A stretch of 64,000 bases of DNA, from the NCBI GenBank assembly GCA_025924815.1, contig JAICHQ010000002.1, positions 13,801 to 77,800 of the forward strand. Reading direction: 5' to 3'. A model generated the notes under the pieces. That model was not told the origin of the DNA. It worked only from the letters and a program-made list of their open reading frames with translations, and did no database searches. A program made the position numbers and the translations under genes. Below are positions 1 to 8,725 of this stretch, in pieces; the stretch's first letter is position 1; every line of letters starts with the position of its first letter. Source of the DNA: Nocardioides sp. (GTDB taxonomy: Bacteria > Actinomycetota > Actinomycetes > Propionibacteriales > Nocardioidaceae).

Positions 1-1
1 C

Positions 2-1162
2 GCCCGGATCGGGTTCGTACCGCTGCTGGAGACCGTCGACGAGCTGGAGCAGACCGAGTTCATCCTCGACGGCCTGTTCGGCGACGCGTCCTACCGCGAG
101 CTGCTGCGGCTCCGGGGCGACGTGCAGGAGCTGATGCTCGGCTACTCCGACTCCAACAAGGCCGGCGGCATCACCACCTCGCAGTGGCAGATCCAGCTCG
201 CACAGCGACGCGCCCGCGACGTCGCCCGGCGGTACGGCGTACGGCTGAGGTTCTTCCACGGGCGCGGCGGGTCGGTCGGCCGCGGTGGCGGCCCGACGTA
301 CGAGGCGATCATGGCGCTGCCGTCGGGGACGGTCGACGGGGAGGTCAAGATCACCGAGCAGGGAGAGGTGATCAGCGACAAGTACGCCCTGCCCGCGCTC
401 GCCCGGCAGAACCTCGAGCTCGCCCTCGCCGCCACGCTCGAGGCCAGTGTGCTGCACCGCACCGATCGTCGTACGCCGGACGAGGCCGTGCGGTGGGACG
501 CGACGATGGACCGGATCTCCGAGGCGGCGGCCGCGCGCTACCGGGCGCTCGTGGAGGAGCCGGGGCTGGCCGCGTACTTCCTCGCCGCCACCCCCGTCGA
601 CCTCCTCGGCGCCCTGCACATCGGCTCCCGCCCCGCGCGCCGCCCCGGCGCCGACGCCGGCATCGACGACCTGCGCGCCATCCCGTGGGTGTTCGGCTGG
701 ACGCAGTCCAGGCAGATCGTGCCGGGCTGGTTCGGGGTCGGCAGCGGTCTCGCCGCGGCCGACGACCTCGCCGCACTCCGGGAGATGTACGCCGAGTGGC
801 CGTTCTTCCGCACGTTCCTCGGCAACGTCTCGATGACCCTGGTCAAGACCGACCTCGACATCGCGGAGCGGTACGTCGCGCTGGCCCCCGACGCGCTACG
901 ACCCCTGCTCGACGTCGTCCGCGCCGAGTACGAGCTCACCGTCCAGCGGCTCCTCGCGGTGACCGGCGACCAGGCTCTGCTGGACCGGGAGCCGACCCTG
1001 CGCACGACCCTGGAGATCCGCGACAACTACCTGCAGCCCCTCCACCACCTCCAGATCGAGCTGCTCGGTCGCTACCGACGCGGCGAGGACGACCCGGCGC
1101 TCGAGCGCGCGCTCCTGCTGACGATCAACGGCATCGCCGCCGGGATGCGCAACACAGGCTGA
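2..1162 (+). CDS. ppc: Phosphoenolpyruvate carboxylase (5'-truncated by window edge)
   Basis: Frame open from position 2 (VPLLET). PEPC motifs [29 protein letters not shown] and C-terminal GMRNTG. Confidence 0.97.
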   Translation, partial: ARIGFVPLLETVDELEQTEFILDGLFGDASYRELLRLRGDVQELMLGYSDSNKAGGITTSQWQIQLAQRRARDVARRYGVRLRFFHGRGGSVGRGGGPTYEAIMALPSGTVDGEVKITEQGEVISDKYALPALARQNLELALAATLEASVLHRTDRRTPDEAVRWDATMDRISEAAAARYRALVEEPGLAAYFLAATPVDLLGALHIGSRPARRPGADAGIDDLRAIPWVFGWTQSRQIVPGWFGVGSGLAAADDLAALREMYAEWPFFRTFLGNVSMTLVKTDLDIAERYVALAPDALRPLLDVVRAEYELTVQRLLAVTGDQALLDREPTLRTTLEIRDNYLQPLHHLQIELLGRYRRGEDDPALERALLLTINGIAAGMRNTG

Positions 1163-1189
1163 CCGGCGGCCCCGGCCTCCTCGTCCTCC

Positions 1190-1786
1190 TCAGCGCGGCA
1201 CCGGCTGGTCGTCGTCGCGCGCACCGAAGATGGCGAAGCCGTCGAGGGTCGCCTGGTCGAGCCCGGTGTTCCAGCCGGCGGTCTGCGCGCGCGACCGCCG
1301 GGAGAAGAGCATCCGGAACCTCTCGTAGTCCGGTACGCCGGCCAGGGCGGCGGCGTGCTCGCCCAGCGACGGCTCCTTCGCCTCCACGACCGGCCGCCAC
1401 ATCGCGGCCGGCGGCACCCCCTTGCCGAGAGCCTCGCGCAGGTCGGCGTGGTGGACGGCGGCGTTCCACACCAGGGCCGGGCGGTCGTTGCCGTCGAGAC
1501 CGGCCACGACCTCGCCGACGTGGGCCCGCATCTCGGAGACGATCTCAGGGGTCGTGCGCGCGGCGCGCTCGGCGACGTGGCGCTCGGTCCAGTCCGGCCC
1601 CGGTGCCCCGTCCATCCGACCGTTCAGCACGTCGGCGGGTCCACCCGCCAGGTGGGCCAGCACGTCGTGCACGGTCCAGTCCGGGGTGGCCGGGACGTTG
1701 CGCGAGAGCTCCTCGGTCGACAGGCCCTCGGCCAGGTCGGCGACGGCGGCGATGTTGGCCCGGTACACCTCGGCCCAGTCGGTCAT
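1190..1786 (-). CDS. Mycothiol-dependent maleylpyruvate isomerase (MDMPI/DinB) family protein
   Basis: VPATPDWTVHDVLAHL and VHHADL metal-site motifs. TAGGTT -10 box 6 nt before the ATG (leaderless). Confidence 0.85.
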   Translation of the reverse strand: MTDWAEVYRANIAAVADLAEGLSTEELSRNVPATPDWTVHDVLAHLAGGPADVLNGRMDGAPGPDWTERHVAERAARTTPEIVSEMRAHVGEVVAGLDGNDRPALVWNAAVHHADLREALGKGVPPAAMWRPVVEAKEPSLGEHAAALAGVPDYERFRMLFSRRSRAQTAGWNTGLDQATLDGFAIFGARDDDQPVPR

Positions 1787-1854
1787 GGCGCCAACCTAGG
1801 CGCAGGAGGTGACCGGGTCGAGAGGCTTGTGGACGGAGCCGGCGCCGCGTACGG

Positions 1855-1870
1855 TCGCGATATATCGCGA
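1855..1870. promoter_or_regulatory. Perfect 16-bp palindrome TCGCGATATATCGCGA, likely PadR operator
   Basis: Palindrome with AT-rich core directly upstream of the PadR gene. Confidence 0.65.
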
Positions 1871-1923
1871 GCCGTTCGAGAGGCGAGCGACGTACCCGAT
1901 CGTCACAGCGAGGAGTCGGACGG

Positions 1924-2574
1924 ATGGGGCGGGACTGGGGACGCGAGTTCGAGGCGAGGTTCCAGCAGCACGCACGCGGCGGGGGCCCGCCGCCGTGGGT
2001 GGCCGGGCTGTTCGGCCTGGCCCAGCCGAACCAGACCCGGGCTCCCCGGGTACGCCGCGGAGACGTGCGCGTCGCGATCCTCGCGGTGCTCGCCGACGGG
2101 CCGCTCAACGGCTACCAGGTGATCCAGCAGATCTCCGAGCGCACCGACGGCGGGTGGCGACCGAGTCCGGGCTCGGTCTACCCGACGATCGCGCAGCTCG
2201 AGGAGGAGGGACTGCTCGACGGGGACGACGAACGGGGCCGGCGTACGGTCTCGCTCTCGGCGACCGGCCGCGCGTTCCTCGACCAGCACGCCGACGAGGT
2301 CGACGAGGTGTGGGCGCCTTTCACACGCGAGCGCGCCGAGCGCCCTTCGCGCGACGGTGAGGCCGGCCCTGACTTCGCCACGCTCAAGCCCGAGCTCGGA
2401 CGGGTGATGAACGCCGTGTGGCAGATCATCACCACCGGCACCGACGACCAGCGCCGCGCCGGCGTGGGCGTGCTGGTCGAGGCGCGGCGGGCGCTGTACC
2501 AGATCCTGGCCGACCATCCGGGCGACGAGGTGGACCACCTCGATGACCGCCACGACGGCGAGGAGGAGCGATGA
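1924..2574 (+). CDS. PadR family transcriptional regulator
   Basis: RGDVRVAILAVL...NGYQVIQ...WRPSPGSVYPTIAQLEEEGL. GAGGAG upstream. Confidence 0.92.
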   Translation: MGRDWGREFEARFQQHARGGGPPPWVAGLFGLAQPNQTRAPRVRRGDVRVAILAVLADGPLNGYQVIQQISERTDGGWRPSPGSVYPTIAQLEEEGLLDGDDERGRRTVSLSATGRAFLDQHADEVDEVWAPFTRERAERPSRDGEAGPDFATLKPELGRVMNAVWQIITTGTDDQRRAGVGVLVEARRALYQILADHPGDEVDHLDDRHDGEEER

Positions 2575-2978
2575 ACGAACGGTTGCGCATCGGCGACGCC
2601 GAGCGCGAGGCAGCCGCCCACGAGCTGGGTGAGCACTTCGCCCTCGGACGGATCACCGCCGAGGAGCACGCCGAGCGGCTGGAACAGGTCTGGGCTGCGC
2701 GCACGTCGGCCGACCTGGCCCCAGCCTTCCGCGACCTGCCGCGGCCCCAGCCCGCGCGCTCGACGCGGAGTCCCCGGGACCGGCGGCCCGAGCTGCCCCG
2801 GCTGCCGTTCCCGTTCAAGGTGCTCGTGATGATCGTCCTGGTCTGGTGGGGCTTCCACCATCCGCTGTTCCTGCTGCTCGCCGTGATCGGGTACGCCGTG
2901 CTCCTACGCCCCCTCATCCACCGGCCCAGGTGGCGAGATCGGCCGGTGCTGCGGATCAGACGCCGATGGCTCGGTTGA
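2571..2978 (+). CDS. DUF1707 (SHOCT-like) domain membrane protein
   Basis: LRIGDAERE...GRITAEEHAERL...ART.ADL...DLP plus hydrophobic C-terminal helices. ATGA overlap with PadR. Confidence 0.88.
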   Translation: MNERLRIGDAEREAAAHELGEHFALGRITAEEHAERLEQVWAARTSADLAPAFRDLPRPQPARSTRSPRDRRPELPRLPFPFKVLVMIVLVWWGFHHPLFLLLAVIGYAVLLRPLIHRPRWRDRPVLRIRRRWLG

Positions 2979-3867
2979 CCCAGACGTCGCCGACCACCAT
3001 GCCGACCTTCTCGTAGAGGCTGAGCGCCCCGGTGCGGGAGTCGGTGGAGAGGGCGGACCGGACGGCCCCGTGCTCGCGGCCGCGGGCGAAGGCGTCCACG
3101 AGCAGCGCCTGGGCCAAACCACGGTGGCGCTGGTCGCGGCGGACCGCCAGCCGATCGATGTACGCCTCGTCGGCGGCCTCACCGGCCATGATCACCAGCG
3201 CGACCCCGACGATCGTGCCGGCGGTGTCGGTGACGACCCGGAGGTTCCACGGCTCGAAGCCCGGCCGCCCTATCACCGCGGCGTGGAAGTCGTCGTACGG
3301 CTCGCGCTCGCGCACCGACCACTCGAGGAACGCTTCCTCGAGCACGTCCTGGACCTCGCGGTACTCGTCGGGAGAGGCCTCGCGGATCCGGTAGCCCTCC
3401 GGGAGGTCACGGTGCTGGATCTGGGTGCCTGCGGGCAGGGCGAGCACCCAGCTCGTGTGACGGATGCGGTAGCCGAGCTTCTCCAGCAACCGGTCACCGG
3501 CCGATCCCTGCGGTACGGGGCTCCCGTAGCCGGTGCCGCCGAGGTCCTTCGCGGTCTGCTGCATCCAGCCGGCGACGGCGGTGCCGAGGCCGCGGCCACG
3601 GTAGTCGGGGTGCACCGCGGCATCGCCGCGGTCGTGACCGGTGATCTCGCCGTAGGCGACCATCCGGTCACCGTCGAAGACCCCGATCGTGTGGGTGGCG
3701 ACGTCCCAGCTGGGCCGGCTCCAGTCGCTGACGATGTCGGCCGGCTCGATCTCGACCTTGCCGACGTCGACCATCTCCTGGGCGGCCGCGAGGTCGAAGA
3801 CGGCACCTGCGTCGTCCATGGTCAGCACGCGGGAGGTCAGGCCCTCGGGAAGTGTCAGGTCGCCCAT
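2956..3867 (-). CDS. Tandem GNAT family N-acetyltransferase
   Basis: Two acetyl-CoA motifs (VHPDYRGRGLG, VRRDQRHRGLA) and GALSLYEKVGM. Confidence 0.9.
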   Translation of the reverse strand: MGDLTLPEGLTSRVLTMDDAGAVFDLAAAQEMVDVGKVEIEPADIVSDWSRPSWDVATHTIGVFDGDRMVAYGEITGHDRGDAAVHPDYRGRGLGTAVAGWMQQTAKDLGGTGYGSPVPQGSAGDRLLEKLGYRIRHTSWVLALPAGTQIQHRDLPEGYRIREASPDEYREVQDVLEEAFLEWSVREREPYDDFHAAVIGRPGFEPWNLRVVTDTAGTIVGVALVIMAGEAADEAYIDRLAVRRDQRHRGLAQALLVDAFARGREHGAVRSALSTDSRTGALSLYEKVGMVVGDVWVNRAIGV

Positions 3868-3946
3868 GAGCCGGTATCAGATCATCGACCGGGCGACCGC
3901 GCTACGCGATTTCCGACCGGGTCGGTGCAGAAGTACGCCGAAATGA

Positions 3947-3991
3947 CACCGACTCGGCGCGAATGCGCAGGCATTCGGCACCGAGTCGGCG
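3947..3991. repeat. Long imperfect hairpin (CCGACTCGG...GAATGC/GCATTC...CCGAGTCGG), REP-like or terminator
   Basis: Nested inverted repeats in the GNAT-yceI spacer. Confidence 0.55.
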
Positions 3992-4044
3992 CTGGTGTCC
4001 CATCCCTCCACGTCGAGTCGGCAGGTGCCGACCCGACGTGCGGG

Positions 4045-4614
4045 TCACAGGGCGATGGCGGAGATGTCGAAGTCGAGCTTGATCTTGTCCGACACCAGGA
4101 AGCCGCCGGTCTCGAGCGCGGCGTTCCAGGACAGACCCCAGTCCTTGCGGGACAAGGTGGCCTGGCCCTCGAACCCGATGCGCAGGTTGCCGAACGGGTC
4201 GCGGGCGGAGCCGGTGGACTCGAACTCGATCGTGATGGGCTTGGTGGTGCCCTTGATGGTCAGGTCGCCGGTGATGGTCCAGTCGTCGCCGTCGCGCTCC
4301 ACGTCGGTGGAGGTGAAGGTGATCTCCGGGTGCGTCTCGCTCTCGAAGAAGTCGCCGCTGCGCAGGTGGGCGTCGCGGTCGGCGACACCGGTGTCGATGC
4401 TCGCGGCCTTGATCACGAGGTCGACCTTGCTGTCGGCCGGGTTCGCGGTGTCGACGTGGGCGGTGCCCTCGAAGTCCTTGAAGGTGCCGCGGACGGTCGT
4501 GACCATCGCGTGCCGGGCGCTGAAGCCGAGGCGGGTGTGGCTCACGTCGAGGGTGTAGTCACCGGTGATGTCGTCGATGACGGTGGTGGCGGGGTCGAAC
4601 GGGCTGTTCGTCAT
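4045..4614 (-). CDS. yceI: YceI family lipid/polyisoprenoid-binding protein
   Basis: YTLDVSHTRLGFSARHAMVTTVRGTF, RDAHLRSGDFF, SRKDWGLSWN. GAGGAG RBS. Confidence 0.93.
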   Translation of the reverse strand: MTNSPFDPATTVIDDITGDYTLDVSHTRLGFSARHAMVTTVRGTFKDFEGTAHVDTANPADSKVDLVIKAASIDTGVADRDAHLRSGDFFESETHPEITFTSTDVERDGDDWTITGDLTIKGTTKPITIEFESTGSARDPFGNLRIGFEGQATLSRKDWGLSWNAALETGGFLVSDKIKLDFDISAIAL

Positions 4615-4750
4615 GGTGTGGGGGTCCTCCTCGGACTGGATGAAGTTTCAACCATTTGCCGATATAACGCCTGCGCCGCCGAGGCATTCCCCGGGCCTCC
4701 TGTGACGCGGGTCACGTCCGCGCCCGGACGCGTGGGTGCCAGGCTGTGCC

Positions 4751-6139
4751 ATGGCCCCCTCGTCGCAGACCCCGCACCAGATCGCGTTGTCCGAGAGTGA
4801 CCAGCCGACTCGCTGGTACAACGTCCTCCACGACCTCCCCACACCACCGCCGCCGGTGCTCCATCCCGGCACGGGTCAGCCGGTGGGTCCCGACGACCTG
4901 TCGCCCCTGTTCCCGATGGACCTGATCCTCCAGGAGGTCTCCGGCGAGCAGTACGTCGAGATCCCGGGCGAGGTGCTCGACGTCTACCGGCTGTGGCGAC
5001 CCTCGCCGCTCTTCCGGGCCCACCGGCTGGAGAAGGCGCTCGGCACCCCGGCTCGCATCTACTACAAGTACGAGGGCGTCAGCCCCGCCGGGTCGCACAA
5101 GCCGAACACCGCCGTGCCGCAGGCGTTCTACAACGCCAGGGCCGGAATCGCGAAGCTGACCACCGAGACCGGCGCCGGCCAGTGGGGCACCGCCCTGGCG
5201 TTCGCCTGTGCCCAGTACGACCTGGAGTGCGAGGTCTGGCAGGTGCGGGCGTCGTACGACCAGAAGCCCTACCGCCGCACCATGATCGAGACCTTCGGCG
5301 GCACAGTGCACCCGAGCCCGAGCGACCTCACGGAGGCGGGTCGCACGATCCTGGCCCAGGACCCGGACAGCCCCGGCAGCCTCGGCATCGCGATCAGCGA
5401 GGCGGTCGAGATGGCAGCCGGGGACCCGACCACCAACTACGCGCTCGGCAGCGTGCTCAACCACGTCCTGATGCACCAGACCGTGATCGGCGAGGAGGCG
5501 CTCCTGCAGCTGGCGTCGGTGGGGGAGACCCCCGACCTGCTGGTGGGGTGCACCGGTGGTGGCTCCAACTTCGGCGGCCTCGCCTTCCCGTTCCTGCGGG
5601 AGAAGTGGGCCGGTCGGATGTCGCCGACGGTCCGCGCGGTCGAGCCGGCGTCGTGCCCGTCGCTGACCCAGGGCACCTACGCCTACGACTTCGGTGACGC
5701 GCTCGGGATGACCCCGCTGATGAAGATGCACACGCTGGGCCACGACTTCGTGCCCGAGCCGATCCATGCCGGTGGGCTGCGCTACCACGGGATGAGCCCG
5801 CTCATCTCGCACCTGTACGAGACCGGCGAGCTCGAGGCGGTCGCCAAGAAGCAGTCCGAGTGCTTCGCGGCCGGGGTGCTGTTCGCCCGCACCGAGGGGA
5901 TCGTGCCGGCCCCCGAGCCGACCCATGCCCTCGCGGCGGCGGTCGAGGAGGCGCTGGCGTGCCGGGAGTCGGGCGAGGAGAAGGTGATCCTGACCGCGCT
6001 GTGCGGTCACGGCCACCTCGACCTCTCGGCGTACGACGCCTACCTGCGCGGCGACCTGGTCGACCACAGCTGGGACGACGCCGAGCTGCAGCAGGCCGTG
6101 GCCGGCGCCCTGGCGAAGCTGCCCGCGGTCAGCTCCTGA
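4751..6139 (+). CDS. trpB2: TrpB2-type tryptophan synthase beta-like PLP enzyme
   Basis: GSHKPNTA (PLP lysine), [25 protein letters not shown]; long N-terminus typical of TrpB2. Confidence 0.92.
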   Translation: MAPSSQTPHQIALSESDQPTRWYNVLHDLPTPPPPVLHPGTGQPVGPDDLSPLFPMDLILQEVSGEQYVEIPGEVLDVYRLWRPSPLFRAHRLEKALGTPARIYYKYEGVSPAGSHKPNTAVPQAFYNARAGIAKLTTETGAGQWGTALAFACAQYDLECEVWQVRASYDQKPYRRTMIETFGGTVHPSPSDLTEAGRTILAQDPDSPGSLGIAISEAVEMAAGDPTTNYALGSVLNHVLMHQTVIGEEALLQLASVGETPDLLVGCTGGGSNFGGLAFPFLREKWAGRMSPTVRAVEPASCPSLTQGTYAYDFGDALGMTPLMKMHTLGHDFVPEPIHAGGLRYHGMSPLISHLYETGELEAVAKKQSECFAAGVLFARTEGIVPAPEPTHALAAAVEEALACRESGEEKVILTALCGHGHLDLSAYDAYLRGDLVDHSWDDAELQQAVAGALAKLPAVSS

Positions 6140-7325
6140 GCGCAGCCTCGTCGGCTTCGGTGCCGACCAGCTCGCGGACCCGGCCGATGGAGTCCCAGTC
6201 GTTGACGTGCATGCCGGCGACGACGCGGTCGCCGCGCAGCCACCAGACCCGGAAGGTGCGACCCTCGACCGGCCCCTCGCTGTCACCGGTGACCACCACG
6301 CGGTCGAACCCGTCGGGGCCCGGGTGGCCGACGTACTCCAGGCCGAGGGCGTACTGGTCGGTGAAGAAGTAGGGCAGGTGGTCGGCGACGGCGTTGCCAC
6401 CGAGCAGGTTGGTGGCGGCTACCGTCCCGTGCTTGATCGCGGTGTCCCAGTGCTCGACCCGGACGCGGTGCCCGAGCACGGGGTGGTCGACGTTGGCGAC
6501 GTCGCCGGCGGCGAAGATCCCCGGCGACGACGTGTGGAGGCCCGAGTCGACCAGGATGCCGTTGTCGACGCCGATGCCGGCGTCGGAGGCCAGGTCGGCC
6601 ATCGGCGCGACACCCACCCCGACGACGACGCGGTCGACGACCAGCGGGTCGGCGCCGGCCAGCGAGATCGTCACGCCGTCCGCGCCCCGCTCGATCGCCT
6701 CGATGCGTACGCCGGTGCGCACGTCGACGCCCTTCTCGCGGTGGAGCTGGGCGAACAGCGCGCCGATCTCGGGGCCGACCACGCCGCGCAGCGGCTGGTC
6801 CTGCGCCTCGAGCACGGTGACCTCGGCGCCGGCCTGACGGGCCGCGCTGGCGACCTCGAGCCCGATCCAGCCGCCGCCGATGATCCCGATCCGGGCTCCC
6901 TCGGTCAGCTGGGCCTTGAGCTCGGTGGAGTCCTCGAGGGTGCGCAGGTAGTGCACCGGTGCGCCGGAGTCGTCGGCGAGCGCCAGGTGGCGGGGTATGG
7001 CACCGGTGGCCAGCAGGAGGCCGGACCAGGTGATCTCCTCGCCGCCGGCGCGCAGCGTGCGGGCCTCGGGGTCGACCGACTCGACGCTCACCCCCGTGCG
7101 CAGGTCGACGTCGTGCTCGGCGTACCAGCTCTCGACGTTGACCAGCGCCTTCTCGGCCGGCTCGTTGCCGAGCAGGTAGCCCTTCGACAGCGGCGGACGC
7201 TCGTACGGCGGGTGCGCCTCGCCGGCGATCACGATCAGGTCTCCGGTGTACCCCTGGTCGCGGAGCTCGCGCACCGCCGTGCCGCTGGCGAGACCGCCGC
7301 CGACCAGGACGATCGGGGCGCTCAT
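6129..7325 (-). CDS. FAD/NAD(P)-dependent ferredoxin reductase-like oxidoreductase
   Basis: [43 protein letters not shown] overlaps the folE stop. Confidence 0.92.
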   Translation of the reverse strand: MSAPIVLVGGGLASGTAVRELRDQGYTGDLIVIAGEAHPPYERPPLSKGYLLGNEPAEKALVNVESWYAEHDVDLRTGVSVESVDPEARTLRAGGEEITWSGLLLATGAIPRHLALADDSGAPVHYLRTLEDSTELKAQLTEGARIGIIGGGWIGLEVASAARQAGAEVTVLEAQDQPLRGVVGPEIGALFAQLHREKGVDVRTGVRIEAIERGADGVTISLAGADPLVVDRVVVGVGVAPMADLASDAGIGVDNGILVDSGLHTSSPGIFAAGDVANVDHPVLGHRVRVEHWDTAIKHGTVAATNLLGGNAVADHLPYFFTDQYALGLEYVGHPGPDGFDRVVVTGDSEGPVEGRTFRVWWLRGDRVVAGMHVNDWDSIGRVRELVGTEADEAALRS

Positions 7326-7954
7326 CGGACGCCGCCCCGGTCGCGGGTGAGCGAGAGGAACTCGGCGCGGGTCTTCGGGTCGTCGCGCAACCGCCCCTGC
7401 AGCGAGGCCGTGACGGTGCGGGCACCCGCGGCCCGCGCACCGCGCAGGCTCATGCAGGTGTGCTCGGCCTCGATCACGACACCCACTCCGCGTGGCTCGA
7501 GACGTTCGGCGAGATGCTCGGCGATCTCCATGGTCAGTCGCTCCTGGGTCTGTGCTCGACGCGCGAAGAACTCCACCGTACGCGCGAACTTCGACAACCC
7601 CAGGATCCGGGAGCCGGGCAGGTAGCCCACGTGGGCGACGCCGGTGAACGGGAGGAGGTGGTGCTCGCACAGGGAATGCACGGGGATGTCGGAGACCAGC
7701 ACGAGCTCGTCGTACCCGGCGGAGTTGGTGAAGGTCGTGGAGTCGAACTCCGGCGGCGTCAGCATCTCGGCGTACGCCTGCACCAGGCGCAGCGGCGTCT
7801 CGAACATGTCCTCGGAGTCGATCGGCAGGCCGAGCGCGGCGAGCATCTCCGTCGCGGCCTTCTCGGCCGCCACCAGGTCGACCGGCGAGCGATCGTGGGT
7901 GATCCGGGGGCGCCAGCGCGCCTGGTCGATCTGCACGGCGACCGCCTCGGCCAT
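7322..7954 (-). CDS. folE: GTP cyclohydrolase I (type IA)
   Basis: SLCEHHLLPF, GLSKFAR, QERLT, HTCMSLRG. AAGGAGG RBS before ATG 7954. Confidence 0.95.
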   Translation of the reverse strand: MAEAVAVQIDQARWRPRITHDRSPVDLVAAEKAATEMLAALGLPIDSEDMFETPLRLVQAYAEMLTPPEFDSTTFTNSAGYDELVLVSDIPVHSLCEHHLLPFTGVAHVGYLPGSRILGLSKFARTVEFFARRAQTQERLTMEIAEHLAERLEPRGVGVVIEAEHTCMSLRGARAAGARTVTASLQGRLRDDPKTRAEFLSLTRDRGGVR

Positions 7955-7977
7955 GGCATCCTCCTTGTGGATCACGA

Positions 7978-8009
7978 GTTCTAAGAGTTATCATAATGTC
8001 TGTTAGAAC
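7978..8009. promoter_or_regulatory. AT-rich inverted repeat GTTCTAA-N18-TTAGAAC, probable operator of the divergent regulator
   Basis: Inverted repeat in an AT-rich spacer between divergent folE and HTH genes. Confidence 0.6.
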
Positions 8010-8040
8010 GCGGGGCGTCAAGAGCGACGAGGAGGTGGCG

Positions 8041-8721
8041 ATGGAGGACCCGTTCTCCGCCATCGGGGCGCTGGCCGACCCGGTCCGCCGTCGCCTGTAC
8101 GACGTGGTGGTCGGGCATCTCGACGCCGTCGGGCGCGAGCAGGCGGCCCGCGAGGCGGGCGTGCCGATCCACACCGCGCGCTTCCACCTCGACAAGCTGG
8201 TCGAGGAGGGGCTGCTCGACGTCGACCACCGGCGGCTCTCCGGTCGCTCCGGTCCCGGAGCCGGGCGTCCGGCGAAGGTCTACCGGCGCTCCGACGTCGA
8301 GGTGGCGGTGTCCTTGCCGGGGCGTGGCTACGACCTGGTCGGCCAGGTGTTCGCCGCCGCGGTCGAGCGCTCGCTCGAGGGCGTTCCGCTGCCCGAGACG
8401 CTCGCCGAGGAGGCTCGCGCGGCCGGCCGGCGCGACGGCACGGCGTACGACGGGAGGGCCGACGAGCTCGAGCGCTCGGCCGCCGTCCTGTCCGGGCGCG
8501 GCTACGAGCCGGCCCGTGACGGCGACGGTCTGGTGCTGCGGAACTGCCCCTTCGACGCACTCGCCCGCGATCACACCGCGCTCGTGTGCGGGGTGAACCG
8601 CGACTACGTGGACGGCGTCCTCGACGGGCTCGGCTGCCGGCACACGGTCGCGCGGCTGGACCCCGCCCCGGGCCGGTGCTGCGTGCGAGTCGAGGAGTCG
8701 GGACCGCCTCAGTCCGCCTGA
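8041..8721 (+). CDS. ArsR-like HTH transcriptional regulator with Cys-rich C-terminal sensor
   Basis: ALADPVRRRLY, FHLDKLVEEGLL, GRPAKVY; NCPF...VCGVN...RCC. GAGGAGG RBS. Confidence 0.88.
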   Translation: MEDPFSAIGALADPVRRRLYDVVVGHLDAVGREQAAREAGVPIHTARFHLDKLVEEGLLDVDHRRLSGRSGPGAGRPAKVYRRSDVEVAVSLPGRGYDLVGQVFAAAVERSLEGVPLPETLAEEARAAGRRDGTAYDGRADELERSAAVLSGRGYEPARDGDGLVLRNCPFDALARDHTALVCGVNRDYVDGVLDGLGCRHTVARLDPAPGRCCVRVEESGPPQSA

Positions 8722-8725
8722 GAAG

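Noticed and set aside
2956-2978. Short convergent 3' overlaps (also 6129-6139 and 44187-44214)
   Set aside because: Common in compact high-GC genomes; no evidence of function.
6129-8195. 688-aa ORF suggesting an N-terminally extended reductase
   Set aside because: The extension is an off-frame reading of folE; the real start is the ATG at 7325 overlapping the folE stop.
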